A stretch of 64,000 nt of DNA from Octopus bimaculoides (GCF_001194135.2 NC_068986.1:37302485-37366484), one strand, 5' to 3'. Shown: positions 24,986-37,606, numbered from the stretch's first letter. Notes: generated by a model from the letters alone, not told the origin. Made by a program: numbers and translations.

Positions 24986-25869
24986 TATCGTAAATATGAG
25001 GGTAATAAATTAAAATAATTTACTACCAGTGATTAGCATGCATATATAAAAGTCAGAAGACATAACATATTCTTAAAAATATAAGAGTGCATAATATATT
25101 TTTATACACAAACAGGAGACTATTGACAGGACACCTTACATGCTAAAAAGGCCAGTTAAACCCCAAACCACGAAAAAGAGAATTCATGAGGCACGCCAAT
25201 TATTACACCAGAATGAAAAAATGAATTAGTTAATCCCAAACTCGAGTTTCGCTATTAAGTTCGAACCCTTAAACGTACCTCATGAATTCTCTTTTCCGTG
25301 CTTTGGATTTTAACTGGCCTTTTCAGCATGTAAGGAGTCCTGTCAATGGTCTCCTTTTCTTGTATAAAAATATTTTATACACTCTTATATTTTTTCAAAT
25401 ATGCTGTCTTATGATTTTTATTTATGCATGCTAACCACTGGTAATAAATTATTTTGATTTATTACCCTCATATTTACGATAGCAATATCTATAATTCTGA
25501 GGCTATATGGGATACAGATTTAAATTTCTTTATTTACTGCTGGACCATATATTTGCACTCGCGCACTAAGTTCGAGCCCTTAAATGGATAAAGATGTAGC
25601 TGTCTTGCGCACGTGTTTTCGGTACGTATTTGCAACTCCATAATCATACATTAATTAGCGATTCCGCTGACGAGCTACAGATTCCAAATTAGTTTATTTG
25701 GGAATTGATAGCGAAATTCGAGTTCGGGATTGACTAATTCATTTTTTGTTCGTTCTGGTGCCTCATGAATTCTCTTTTTCGTGGTTTGAGTTTTAACTGG
25801 CCTTTTTAGCAGCAAAGAGTGCTGTCAATGGTCTCTTTGTATATAAAAATATTTTATACACTCTTATAT
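24986..25869. mobile_element. Penelope-like terminal-repeat cluster (family P2): one inverted plus two direct copies
   Basis: 24986-25191 is the reverse complement of 25278-25481; 25206-25257 is the reverse complement of ~25707-25760; 25761-25869 repeats the start of 25278-25481; contains a hammerhead. Confidence 0.8.
25661..25730 (+). ncRNA. Type I hammerhead ribozyme (minimal, palindromic stem III)
   Basis: ATTCCG|CTGACGA|GCTA...ttccaaat/atttggga...TAGC|GAAA|TTCGAG|TT|CGGGAT: complete core, stem I 6 bp, extended stem II, GUU cleavage triplet. Confidence 0.85.
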
Positions 25870-25935
25870 CTATGTATATATATATATATGTACATATGTG
25901 TATGCATGTATATATATATATACATACACACACAC

Positions 25936-25967
<32 letters not shown>

Positions 25968-27460
25968 ATATATTCATACATACATATATATATATATATT
26001 TGTGTGTGTGTATGCGCGTGTGTATGTATGTGCGTATTCGTGTATGTATATGTGTTGAGAGAGAGAGAGAGAGTGCGCGTGTGCTAGAAAGAATGAGAGA
26101 AATATGGATAGAAGTACAAATATAAACATGAATATGTATGTGTATATGTATACATACATACACGCAAGCTCACTCACACATATAAACACACGCGACACAC
26201 ACTTCTACAGTCATTTATGTACACAATCACGCACACACACATACACACACACACACATATGTATGTATGAATGTATCTGCGTATGCATGAGTGTGTGTGT
26301 GTGTGCATGTGTGGCGAGAGATAAAAAGAAAGGGAAAATGAAAACAAAACAAAAATCATAAATGAATATGACTAGTACCCGTTCGCCACCCCACTAACAA
26401 GTGATCTAGCATTTTGCTTACATTAAAACATGATATTCTTTTTACCTCTCGTTTAAACAAAATGAAGAAATCAGTGAGTGAGAAAAGAAGGAACGGAGGC
26501 GTGTGGTGGGAGGAGTGATAGGAGAGAAAGAGGGAGGTGGTGTTGTTGTTGTTAGTGGTGGTCGTGGTGATAATGACTGCCGGTGGTGGTGACTGATGGT
26601 GATTGTGTTGGTGGTGGTGGTGGCGTCGTTGTTGCCGTCGTTGTCGGCGGTGGTAGTGGTTGGGTTGTGGTGGCAGAAAATGTTAGATAAATACATAACT
26701 GAATAAACAGCCAGGCAGATAGATTGATAGAGAGACACAGAAGAGGTGCGGGGGGAGGTGGGCAGAGGCTAGGGAAGGGTCAATAATGTTTTCGTGGTCA
26801 ATAGAACCTTCATGATTAATTTACTGAGATATTCGTGCGTGTTTCTATGAAAGAGTGTTTCGCTTCGACTAGTTTTAAAATATACACAATCCATTTTTGC
26901 ATTTTAAACAACTTGTAAAGGCACAAGCACACCCCTACCCGCACAGAGTCGTTCGAGTCGGCTCGCCACCCTGCACACACACATCTNNNNNNNNNNNNNN
27001 NNNNNNNNNNNNNNNNNNNNNNNNNNNNNNNNNNNNNNNNNNNNNNNNNNNNNNNNNNNNNNNNNNNNNNNNNNNNNNNNNNNNNNNNNNNNNNNNNNNN
27101 NNNNNNNNNNNNNNNNNNNNNNNNNNNNNNNNNNNNNNNNNNNNNNNNNNNNNNNNNNNNNNNNNNNNNNNNNNNNNNNNNNNNNNNNNNNNNNNNNNNN
27201 NNNNNNNNNNNNNNNNNNNNNNNNNNNNNNNNNNNNNNNNNNNNNNNNNNNNNNNNNNNNNNNNNNNNNNNNNNNNNNNNNNNNNNNNNNNNNNNNNNNN
27301 NNNNNNNNNNNNNNNNNNNNNNNNNNNNNNNNNNNNNNNNNNNNNNNNNNNNNNNNNNNNNNNNNNNNNNNNNNNNNNNNNNNNNNNNNNNNNNNNNNNN
27401 NNNNNNNNNNNNNNNNNNNNNNNNNNNNNNNNNNNNNNNNNNNNNNNNNNNNNNNNNNNN

Positions 27461-27690
27461 ATGGAGATGTACTTGCATAGCAAGTGACCTGATCTGAGAT
27501 CGTGTGCTGGAACGAAAACAATTGCAGCGTGGAAGGTGTTTATAAGCCATTTAAAATAACACACAAAATCCGTTAGATTCACTTCAACATTTAAATTTAA
27601 TTTGTCAAAATATTTTCGTCGCTCTGAGACCGCGACCTGTTCACTGACAAAATTCTGTGCAGCACAGAATTTTGTCAGCACAGAATTTTG
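27461..27690. mobile_element. Interspersed repeat fragment ending in a perfect 17-bp palindrome
   Basis: ctgacaaaattctgtgc-a-gcacagaattttgtcag at 27644-27678. Confidence 0.55.
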
Positions 27691-28449
27691 GTGTATGTAT
27701 TACTCTCTATCGCGTCTAACTGTAAAGTTTTGATGTGCCAATGGGTTTTGTAGTGTTTTCAACAAACTTCTCAATGTGTGTGCGTGTGTACACGCGCATA
27801 TATATATGTGTGTATTCGATTTACAGTTCTGATTTTCTGTTCTAAACCAAACATTCATAGCGCTACCTGTATGAAACATATCGGAAAATTTGGTGGTGAT
27901 GGCTGAATTGGTGGAGCATCTGTTAAAATATCTGGCAATATTTAGTCATGTTTCTTGACGTTCAACCTTGACTTTCATTCTCCCGAGACGAAGAAGCAAG
28001 TATCAATGAAGTTCTGTGACTCAATTTTTTATTATCTGTTTTTCTCGCCCCCTTGTAAGGAAACGAAAGTCTGCTCAGCCGAGACTGAACGCGAAGCTAT
28101 AGATCTACGACGTTGGTATAGGCAATAAAGCTCGTTATATATTTCAATTGTAGTAATTCAATTAAGTCGTAAGAGACTTCAAGAAAGGAACATGGCGCAT
28201 ATCAGTTTATTATTTATTATAAATATGAATCATTGTGCCTCTCTGGGAAGTTGATTTATGCACTAAATAAAAATCAATCTAATTTACAGAGGTGCAGATT
28301 CAATATACTTGTACTTTCTAAAAGTAAAAAAGGAAAAAGGAACCGAAAACATTTAAAATACGCTCGGCCACATACATAGACAAATACAAACATTCAACAG
28401 CACTCGTTCTAGCAAAATTCACACACACAAAACACATAAAAGTAACACT

Positions 28450-28501
<52 letters not shown>

Positions 28502-30429
28502 CACACATACACAAAACACACAACGCATGCGCAAGCATGTATACAAAGAGCCACAAGCATATACACGAAAGAGATAAAGTACCGAACAAGTAAACATGGC
28601 ATGTATTGTTATTCATTTAATAGAATTATATCGAACATATTACAAAATACCCTGAATAATTTTAATCTTTGGTGAATCTTTAATTCACAAAATTAACCAT
28701 TCAGTCATTTTCAAACAATCCACACAAAAACAAGTGCAAACACAGACATACAGACTCATTTAAAAAAATAATAGCATCCAAGCACGCATATTCATATATA
28801 GGAGAGCAAATACACATAGGAAATATAATTTCAAATAAATACTCACAATACACTCTCATTCATGTATACAGAGATAAATACCGGGACCAATTTCACCTTC
28901 CATATATTCTTAGATTCTTCATTATATTCTTGACCTCGACAAATTCACGAGAAACACCAGTCTTTTAATTCTTGTATTCAACTGATCATCTGTCATTTTC
29001 AATGTCTTTCTCTATCCCACCTTCATCACTTAGGACGATCAAAATGTGGTCGAAATCATGTAATCTGGTGGTCTTTGAGCTACAGTAGTCGGGAGTTCTC
29101 TTCCCTCTTGTAATATAGATCGAATGCGAAGCGCATTGAATAACCAGCTGCAGGAGTGGCGATATTCTTTACATTTCTTTCTATAAAAATCATGCAAAGG
29201 AAAATTATCACTTCTGTTAGGTGAAACTTGAAGTCCTGGTAAAAATTAGTTCTGTTATAAGCCTTCTGTTGTAAGGTTACATAGACATGGAATATCAAGA
29301 AATTACACGCGTGCCATATCTAATCACAGGATTATTCATAGGAAGGGAAAATGTTGGTTTCTAACATCAGAAATAATGTCGCAGGTTTAATTGTAATGAT
29401 GAGAAAAAATAGCCAACGTTATCTGTTGGGTCGAGCAAGTAAGGAAGATAATAATTAGATTATGCATAAGTGAAATAATATACCATTCACCATTACGTGT
29501 ATTTTGCTATACGTCTACATTTATACTTTACGTAACTCTCCATTGAAACAGAAAGAAGTTAACATAAGAGGTGCAGAATGAATGTCTTGTAACTTTCTTA
29601 GAAATATATTATTTTTTATGAAATTTTGTAGAGATAGGTTTTCGATGGCAAAGATTGCGATAATGTTGATAAAATTTAGAAAAATAATAGGGTAGAATTA
29701 TTGTAAATATACAATGGGAAATTTGTATTTAATATTAATAAAATAATTCTTTTATTTTTTACTTGTTTCAGACACGTGACTGCGGCCATGGTGGAGCACC
29801 AGCTTAGGTTTAATTAAATTTTGAAATATATTTAATTTTTCTTTAATTTCAAGATAAAAAAAATATTTTTAATTTGGAAATTAACATTCATTTCATCATT
29901 CTGTACGAGTACCAAAAATTTGATAAAAGATAAATTATAATAATTGTATGTAAACCTTTTCTCTGAAATTACTCATGGGTTGGGGTGCAAAAGTATACTA
30001 CCCGTCATGTGAAGGGTAATCTTGGAAAATCTGTGAAATTCTGCAGTGTGTATGTATGAATGAATGTGTGGGTGTATGTGTCCGTTTGTGTGTTCGCGTG
30101 CGTGTATGCTTAAATGTGTGTGTGTGTGTGTGTGTTAGCGCGCGGGCACGTTCGCATTAATAAAAATACGTACTCATAAGTCATGATACGTGCAAACGTG
30201 CGCAGGCGTAGTAATACATTCATCGATGAACAACCGGTGATTCATTCACCCCAAAGCCCATACATCCATACACAGTATATAATGCAAGCGCAACCAGAAT
30301 TCCCCGTCCATCACATATACACGCAGCGCCAAGTAATCAAGAAGTGTGCAGAATAACACTCAGAAATAAATGTTTATATACTCTCTCACACACAAACATG
30401 TTTGTGCGTGTATATATACATATATATAC

Positions 30430-30484
<55 letters not shown>

Positions 30485-31285
30485 NNNNNNNNNNNNNNNN
30501 NNNNNNNNNNNNNNNNNNNNNNNNNNNNNNNNNNNNNNNNNNNNNNNNNNNNNNNNNNNNNNNNNNNNNNNNNNNNNNNNNNNNNNNNNNNNNNNNNNNN
30601 NNNNNNNNNNNNNNNNNNNNNNNNNNNNNNNNNNNNNNNNNNNNNNNNNNNNNNNNNNNNNNNNNNNNNNNNNNNNNNNNNNNNNNNNNNNNNNNNNNNN
30701 NNNNNNNNNNNNNNNNNNNNNNNNNNNNNNNNNNNNNNNNNNNNNNNNNNNNNNNNNNNNNNNNNNNNNNNNNNNNNNNNNNNNNNNNNNNNNNNNNNNN
30801 NNNNNNNNNNNNNNNNNNNNNNNNNNNNNNNNNNNNNNNNNNNNNNNNNNNNNNNNNNNNNNNNNNNNNNNNNNNNNNNNNNNNNNNNNNNNNNNNNNNN
30901 NNNNNNNNNNNNNNNNNNNNNNNNNNNNNNNNNNNNNNNNNNNNNNNNNNNNNNNNNNNNNNNNNNNNNNNNNNNNNNNNNNNNNNNNNNNNNNNNNNNN
31001 NNNNNNNNNNNNNNNNNNNNNNNNNNNNNNNNNNNNNNNNNNNNNNNNNNNNNNNNNNNNNNNNNNNNNNNNNNNNNNNNNNNNNNNNNNNNNNNNNNNN
31101 NNNNNNNNNNNNNNNNNNNNNNNNNNNNNNNNNNNNNNNNNNNNNNNNNNNNNNNNNNNNNNNNNNNNNNNNNNNNNNNNNNNNNNNNNNNNNNNNNNNN
31201 NNNNNNNNNNNNNNNNNNNNNNNNNNNNNNNNNNNNNNNNNNNNNNNNNNNNNNNNNNNNNNNNNNNNNNNNNNNNNNNNNNNNN

Positions 31286-31333
<48 letters not shown>

Positions 31334-31927
31334 TGATTGATTGATTGATTGACTGATTGAGTGATTGCGTGATTGATAGGCAGTTATTGCCGTTCAGTCA
31401 TATATCTGCTACGAAGAATGAATAAGTTTGACATGCTGAAATTTACCCACTTAAAATCATACATACATACATATATACATGCATGCATGCATTCATTCAT
31501 ACATACATACATACATACATACATACATACATACATACATACAGATGAATGTGTGTGTGTGCGTACAGAAGAATATACTAATCAATAAAATTCTAGCCTA
31601 GTCTGATTTTCAAGTTTATAATTTACAATTTCTACAATTTTACAGAAAATATGATATAGTGTTCTTTGGTAACAAGTTTGTATTTATGTACGCCACAGCT
31701 TAGCGCTTCCACTCCCTGTATGTATATATACTCTACGGAATATTTGCAGTTCTGAGCAGGAACACGGAATTGCACAACGAGTGACATTTACCAGTACCAG
31801 TATCTCTTTTCAGCTTGAGTACTATGTAATGGACCGTTGTGGGTAACCGGAGAGCCGGCATCTATACCAATTTGAGAGATGGTACGGTATCCTCCAGGAT
31901 AACTTATCCCTTTTATACTATATACAT

Positions 31928-31959
<32 letters not shown>

Positions 31960-32305
31960 NNNNNNNNNNNNNNNNNNNNNNNNNNNNNNNNNNNNNNNNN
32001 NNNNNNNNNNNNNNNNNNNNNNNNNNNNNNNNNNNNNNNNNNNNNNNNNNNNNNNNNNNNNNNNNNNNNNNNNNNNNNNNNNNNNNNNNNNNNNNNNNNN
32101 NNNNNNNNNNNNNNNNNNNNNNNNNNNNNNNNNNNNNNNNNNNNNNNNNNNNNNNNNNNNNNNNNNNNNNNNNNNNNNNNNNNNNNNNNNNNNNNNNNNN
32201 NNNNNNNNNNNNNNNNNNNNNNNNNNNNNNNNNNNNNNNNNNNNNNNNNNNNNNNNNNNNNNNNNNNNNNNNNNNNNNNNNNNNNNNNNNNNNNNNNNNN
32301 NNNNN

Positions 32306-32622
32306 CGATTCCCAGATCGGGCATTGTGAGTGTTTATTGAGCGAAAACACCTAAAGCTCCACGAGGCTCCGGCAGGGGATGGTGGCGAACCCTGCTGTAC
32401 TCTTTTAACACAACTTTCTCTTACTTCCTGTTTCTGTTGTACCTGTATTTCAAAGGGCCAGCCTTGTCACACTTTGTATCACGCTGAATCTCCCCGAGAA
32501 CTACATTAAGGGTACCGTGTCTGTGGAGTGCTCAGCCACTTGCACATTAATTTCACGAGCAGGCTGTTGCGTTAATCGGATCAACTGGAACCCTCGTCGT
32601 CGTAACCGACGGAGTGCTAACA
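32306..32622 (+). mobile_element. SINE-C, head lost in assembly gap
   Basis: cgattcccagatcgggcattgtgagtgtttattgagcgaaaacacctaaagctccacgagg...ggagtgctaaca. Confidence 0.9.
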
Positions 32623-33384
32623 TGTACGACATGCGCCTGCTCTATGTGTATGTATGTACGTTTGCGTGTATGCGTGTGTCTGTCTGTATGTATTGTTTCT
32701 TTGTGTGAATGTATGTGTGTATGTGCGTGTGTGGGTGCATGTTTGTGTGTGTGCGCGCGCGTGCATGTGTTTTTGTATTTACAGAGGAGACATTTGCGTG
32801 TCCAGGCCTTATTACAAAAATAATTATATTATACTCTAATATTAGGTAAAACCTTAGCTGGACTCTTCCTCTTCTGTCTCGCCTGCTCGCCTTCTGCTAA
32901 CCGCCTCTACCTACACCACACAATTTACGTTACCGATCATAAGCTGAAGTCTTATCTCTTCGAATTACTTCAACTATAAGTCAGATCGGGATGCAACACT
33001 TTAATGGATCTTCGTAGCGGTCGTATTTGTATCCTTTGAAAATGAAGCCAGACTAATCTTTGTAATTCTTTTGATGGCAGACATTTTGAAGTAACATGAC
33101 AATCTCCTTAGTTCCCATTGATAATGAGATAAGGGATTATTTTTATCCGATGCATTGCATTACAAGGGAGAGCATGTTGTAGTTTACCATTTAATATATC
33201 GGTGTCACATACTAGTGATTGATAATGTTAATCTCCCGACTAATCATATAGAAATAAATAATTACCGCTAATTAGAAGGTCGGTGATATGGTGTAAGAAG
33301 CGGAGAGGCAAAATTAGTAAAGCACCATAGGACTCAATGCTCTGTTTGCAATTGTTGTTCTTGTTGTTTAAGTCCTGATCAACC

Positions 33385-33470
33385 AACTGACAAAGTCGGT
33401 AGAGCGTTAGCTAAAATGCCTCGCGCTATTTCCGCTCCGAGTTCAAAATCCGCCGAGGTCATCCTTTTGT
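33385..33470 (+). mobile_element. SINE-B 5' fragment
   Basis: cgttagctaaaatgcctcgcgctatttccgctccgagttcaaaatccgccgaggtc. Confidence 0.6.
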
Positions 33471-33574
33471 GACTGAACAAAAAGAAAAATAAGGGAAAGA
33501 AAAGCAGACGTTACATGACTTAACTTACAAAGGTTGCATAAGCGTAAATATATATTATAAAAAAAGAAAAATAA

Positions 33575-34020
33575 ATAAATGCGCCCTTTTAAAGCCTAGC
33601 CAGGCTCATGGGCCCGGTTTTCCTCATGCGTGGTACTTTGGGCAAATGTTTTCTTCTGCTATAGCCACGGGCCAACCAAAGCCTTGTGAGTGGATTTGCT
33701 TGACAGAAACAGAAATCAGCCTGTCGTGTGTGTGTGTGTGTGTTTATGTGTGTGTGTGTGCGTGCGTGTGTGTGTNNNNNNNNNNNNNNNNNNNNNNNNN
33801 NNNNNNNNNNNNNNNNNNNNNNNNNNNNNNNNNNNNNNNNNNNNNNNNNNNNNNNNNNNNNNNNNNNNNNNNNNNNNNNNNNNNNNNNNNNNNNNNNNNN
33901 NNNNNNNNNTGTGTGTGTGTGTGTGTAATTGTCCCCATAACTTAGCGTTTCTGCAAAAGAAACCTGTAGAATAAGCAACAGTCTTTAAAAAAAGGCACAG
34001 GGATGAATTCATCCGACTAA
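33575..34020. mobile_element. SINE-D 3' end (minus, ~33575-33625) fused to a SINE-A body (plus, ~33626-34020)
   Basis: gcgcccttttaaagcctagccaggctcatggg followed by tgcgtggtactttgggcaaatg...gccttgtgagtggatttg. Confidence 0.7.
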
Positions 34021-34454
34021 AAATTGATAGAGAGATGGATAGATATTATATATATATATATCAGTGGCGGGCAACAGCAAATGGAATACTTGAAATAATT
34101 GAAGTTTTCTGTTGTAGATGGCTACAGCTTAAGATCTTTAAGGAGATAAAAAATTTGAGGGTGAAGGGAACTTCAAGCTAAATATACCGGATGTTATATG
34201 CATTCGTCTGGTTTGCCACCAATTTATACATTCACCGAGCTGCTGTGTGTTGAGATAATTAGTGTCATAGTTATTAAGTATTCAAGTCATCTAGGAAATG
34301 ATCGTCCGACTAGGAAATGGTCACTCTCCATAGCTTATTGGCGGCTGAGATAATTGATGGTGGTCACCATTAAATGTGTAGTTTGGCGTTGAAAAATAAT
34401 TAGTTGAAATATGGCTGCAAAGAAAACCTGACTTTTTAGCAGTCATAGTTGTTT

Positions 34455-34580
34455 AAAGAGGTCAAGCAAATATAAATGAGGTCAGCAGTATAAAGAAGTC
34501 ATGCAGTAAGATTAAGGTCACCAGTATCACGAGGTCATCAGCATAAAGTTGTCACACAGCAAAGAGCTGACCGGTGACCG
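34455..34580 (+). promoter_or_regulatory. Degenerate ~17-20-bp minisatellite of AGGTCA nuclear-receptor half-sites
   Basis: AGGTCA at 34459, 34479, 34515 and 34532; AAGTCA at 34496; TTGTCA at 34549; TGACC twice at ~34568-34579. Confidence 0.45.
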
Positions 34581-34637
34581 AGATGTTGGACTTTTCATTT
34601 ACCGGTGGCAGGACAGCGACTGTGCAAAAATAGATGC

Positions 34638-34806
34638 AGGCATGGCTGTATGATTAAGAAGCTCGCTTCGCAACTGGTACTTAATTTATCGATCCCGAAA
34701 GGATGAAAGGCAAAGTCGGCAGAATTTGAACTCAGAACGTAAAGATAGACGAAATGACTCTAAGCATTTCGCCCGGCGGCTAGCGTTTCTTCCAGCTCGC
34801 CGCCTT
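34638..34806. mobile_element. Chimera: SINE-A head (plus) joined to SINE-B (minus)
   Basis: ggcatggctgtatgattaagaagctcgcttcgcaac|tggtacttaatttatcgatcccgaaaggatgaaaggcaaag. Confidence 0.8.
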
Positions 34807-35722
34807 TGTTAGGCTTTATTTTATTTAGTATTGATTTAAATTTCAAAAGTTTATTAATGGTCTCCTTCCAAAAGATAAAGCAGTCATCCAGGTTTCTTTT
34901 CCAGTTCTCTTTTATATAATGGTGAAATAAGTATCCAAATGATCCAGTAATTTCTTCTTTTTTTTTTTTTTTTTTTTNNNNNNNNNNNNNNNNNNNNNNN
35001 NNNNNNNNNNNNNNNNNNNNNNNNNNNNNNNNNNNNNNNNNNNNNNNNNNNNNNNNNNNNNNNNNNNNNNNNNNNNNNNNNNNNNNNNNNNNNNNNNNNN
35101 NNNNNNNNNNNNNNNNNNNNNNNNNNNNNNNNNNNNNNNNNNNNNNATATATATATGTATATATATATATACATACATAGAGAGAGAGAGAGAGAGGTGG
35201 AAAGAGATGGAATCAGATAGATAGATAGATTGGGTGAAAACGGATAAGTAACAGCAGCTTAAAGCAGTTATTTCTTACATCTATTCCCCTCCCCCCTTGC
35301 CTTTTAACGGACATAACAGAGCAGTAAAATTCAAAATACTAACAAAAACAACAAAATATAAATAAAAGAAGAATGAAAATGTATCTTCCACTTGGGATTG
35401 AAATCTTATCCCATTTTGTGTCTTCTGACGTTATACCAACTGGTCACAACATTCATTAATAACTTCCTACTCCCACTATTTCAGTTGTCCGCGGCATGAA
35501 CCTATTATCTCAAATTAAAAGAATATTTAAATAAACAGGACCCTCCCGGAAACTGGTAGTTATTTATATTTTACACTGGGGTATTAATAATAAACTTTAT
35601 ATGCGCAACATATTCTTTATTCTATTTTGAGATTCCACTTACTTTGTAAATATGTCCGCCTGTGTATCCATTTGTCTTTTTGTAATTCAGTTTGTCAGTT
35701 TGTCTGTGTTGAACGATTATTT

Positions 35723-36026
35723 GCTGCTCGTGAAATTAACATGCAAGTAGCTGAGCACTCCACAGACACGAGTACCCTTAATGTAGTTCTCGGGGATATT
35801 CAGCGTGACACAGTGTGACAAGGCTGAACCTTTGAATTACAGGCACAACAAGGAAGTAAGATTGAGAGAAAGTTGTGGTGAAAGAGTACAGCAGGGTTTG
35901 CCATCATCCCCTGCCGGAGCCTCGTGGAGCTTTAGGTGTTTTCGCTCAATAAACACTCACAACACCCGGTCTGGGAATCGAAACTGCGAGTCCGCTGCCC
36001 TAACCACTGGGCCATTGCGCCCCCAC
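35723..36026 (-). mobile_element. SINE-C, near full length
   Basis: High similarity to 7330-7652; A box ccactgggcca retained. Confidence 0.9.
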
Positions 36027-36124
36027 TGTCTGTCTGTATAGTTGAAGCGAAAAAGGCCCATTGGATAAAGTGATACTGAGTATTAACATAGGATGTTGTG
36101 TATTTAAGAAGTTCTCTTCCCAAC

Positions 36125-36443
36125 TATTTGGATCGAGGTTCAGTTCCTTAGGGCAGTGCCAGTCTAATCAGGGGTTCTGAGTAAATTTAGTTGATGAAAA
36201 CTGTGCGGAAGTTGGTCGCATATATCTATAATCTGTTTCAGTCATTTGACTGTGGTCATGCCGGGGCACAGCTTTGAAGGATTTTTAGCCGAACAAATTG
36301 ACCCCAGGTCTTTATGTTTTAAGCCTATTCAATCGGTTTCTATTGTCGAAACACTTAGTTATGGGGACATAAACATACCAACACCGATTGTCAAACAGCA
36401 GTGGGAGACAAAGACACAAAAACACAAACATATAGATATACGC

Positions 36444-36491
<48 letters not shown>

Positions 36492-36575
36492 ACAAGTGTC
36501 TTCTACTATAGCCTCAACTAAACCCTTCAAGATGGTGTTTCAGTGTAGTCGTAGTCCAATAACTGAAACAAGTAA
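36125..36575. mobile_element. Nested SINE-A fragments in both orientations
   Basis: Plus-strand pieces ~36125-36215 and ~36488-36575; minus-strand 3' half ~36233-36420. Confidence 0.7.
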
Positions 36576-37009
36576 AACGATACCTTAAATTCTGGAGAAG
36601 GACGTAGTTGATTTAATCGGTTCAGTACTTGACAAATACTCGTTTTATTCCATCCGGAATGATTTCTTTCTTGTGAGTAAAGGGACGTTCTTTTATTGGA
36701 TTCCTTCATATAGCTGATTTAAAAAGGTAGGGAGAGAAAAAAATAGACGAAGAGAACCGTCTCCGGTCCTTGTTTGATATTCTATTTATCGGACATGAAG
36801 GCATGAAGGGATGAAATGCAATGGCTTCTGATTTACGCATGATGCCAGTATTTTTAAAGGGAGGGGTAAATAGCTAACTTCGATCCCATCATTGACAGTG
36901 AGAAGCTGAAAGACAATATTGATTTCAGCTTGAACTCAGAGGGCCAAAAGTTGAAGAAACGCACATATCACAAGACATTAAAGCTTTTTATCCAACACTC
37001 TTTAGCACT

Positions 37010-37350
37010 TATCTTCGGAGGATGATTGACAAAGTCGATTCCGGCAGGATTTGAGCTCAGAACGTAACAATAAGTCAAAACTAAATACTACAAGGTATTT
37101 TGTCCGACGCTCTACCGATTCAGCTAAGAGTAATATTGCTTTCAAATTTTTGCTTAAAACCAGCCATTCAGAGGAAGAGCACAAGTCAATTACATCTACT
37201 CCAGTGCTCATATAATTTTTACTTTATCGATCTCGGAAGGATGAAAGGCAAAGTTAACCCTGGCGGAATTTGAACTCAGAACGTGAAGACGGACAAAATG
37301 CCGTTAAGTATTTTTCTCGGCATGCCAACGATTCTGCCTGCTCGCCGCCT
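37010..37350 (-). mobile_element. Two tandem SINE-B copies
   Basis: caaagtcgattccggcaggatttgagctcagaac and ggatgaaaggcaaagttaaccctggcggaatttgaactcagaac. Confidence 0.85.
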
Positions 37351-37606
37351 TGAGCCAAATGTAACACTAGACACCCGTTTCATGCATCTTAGTGAGTTCA
37401 TGCCCATTGTCAGCTGTTGTCGTTGCTATTTTAAAATATTAAAATTCCCTAAGATATAGCTACAAACGTAAATATCAGAACCTTTCCGCTTTTCACCACC
37501 AACACCATCATCCTCACCTCATCATCATCCTTGCCATCACTTAACATCTCTTCGATACTGTCATGGGTTGGACAATTTAACAGGATCCGATATATATATA
37601 CGCACG

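Noticed and set aside
24986-25481. Simple MITE interpretation of the long inverted repeat
   Set aside because: No TSD is evident, a third direct copy exists, and the unit carries a hammerhead, which fits PLE pseudo-LTRs better.
29080-29298. 72-aa minus-strand ORF in unique sequence
   Set aside because: No recognisable domain or splice support; the length is expected by chance.
31790-31915. Possible half-hammerhead/PLE remnant (minus strand gctgaaaagagatac)
   Set aside because: The core is degenerate and the GAAA half is absent.
34455-34560. CRISPR-like array
   Set aside because: Units are short and degenerate with no constant repeat or unique spacers, and the context is eukaryotic.
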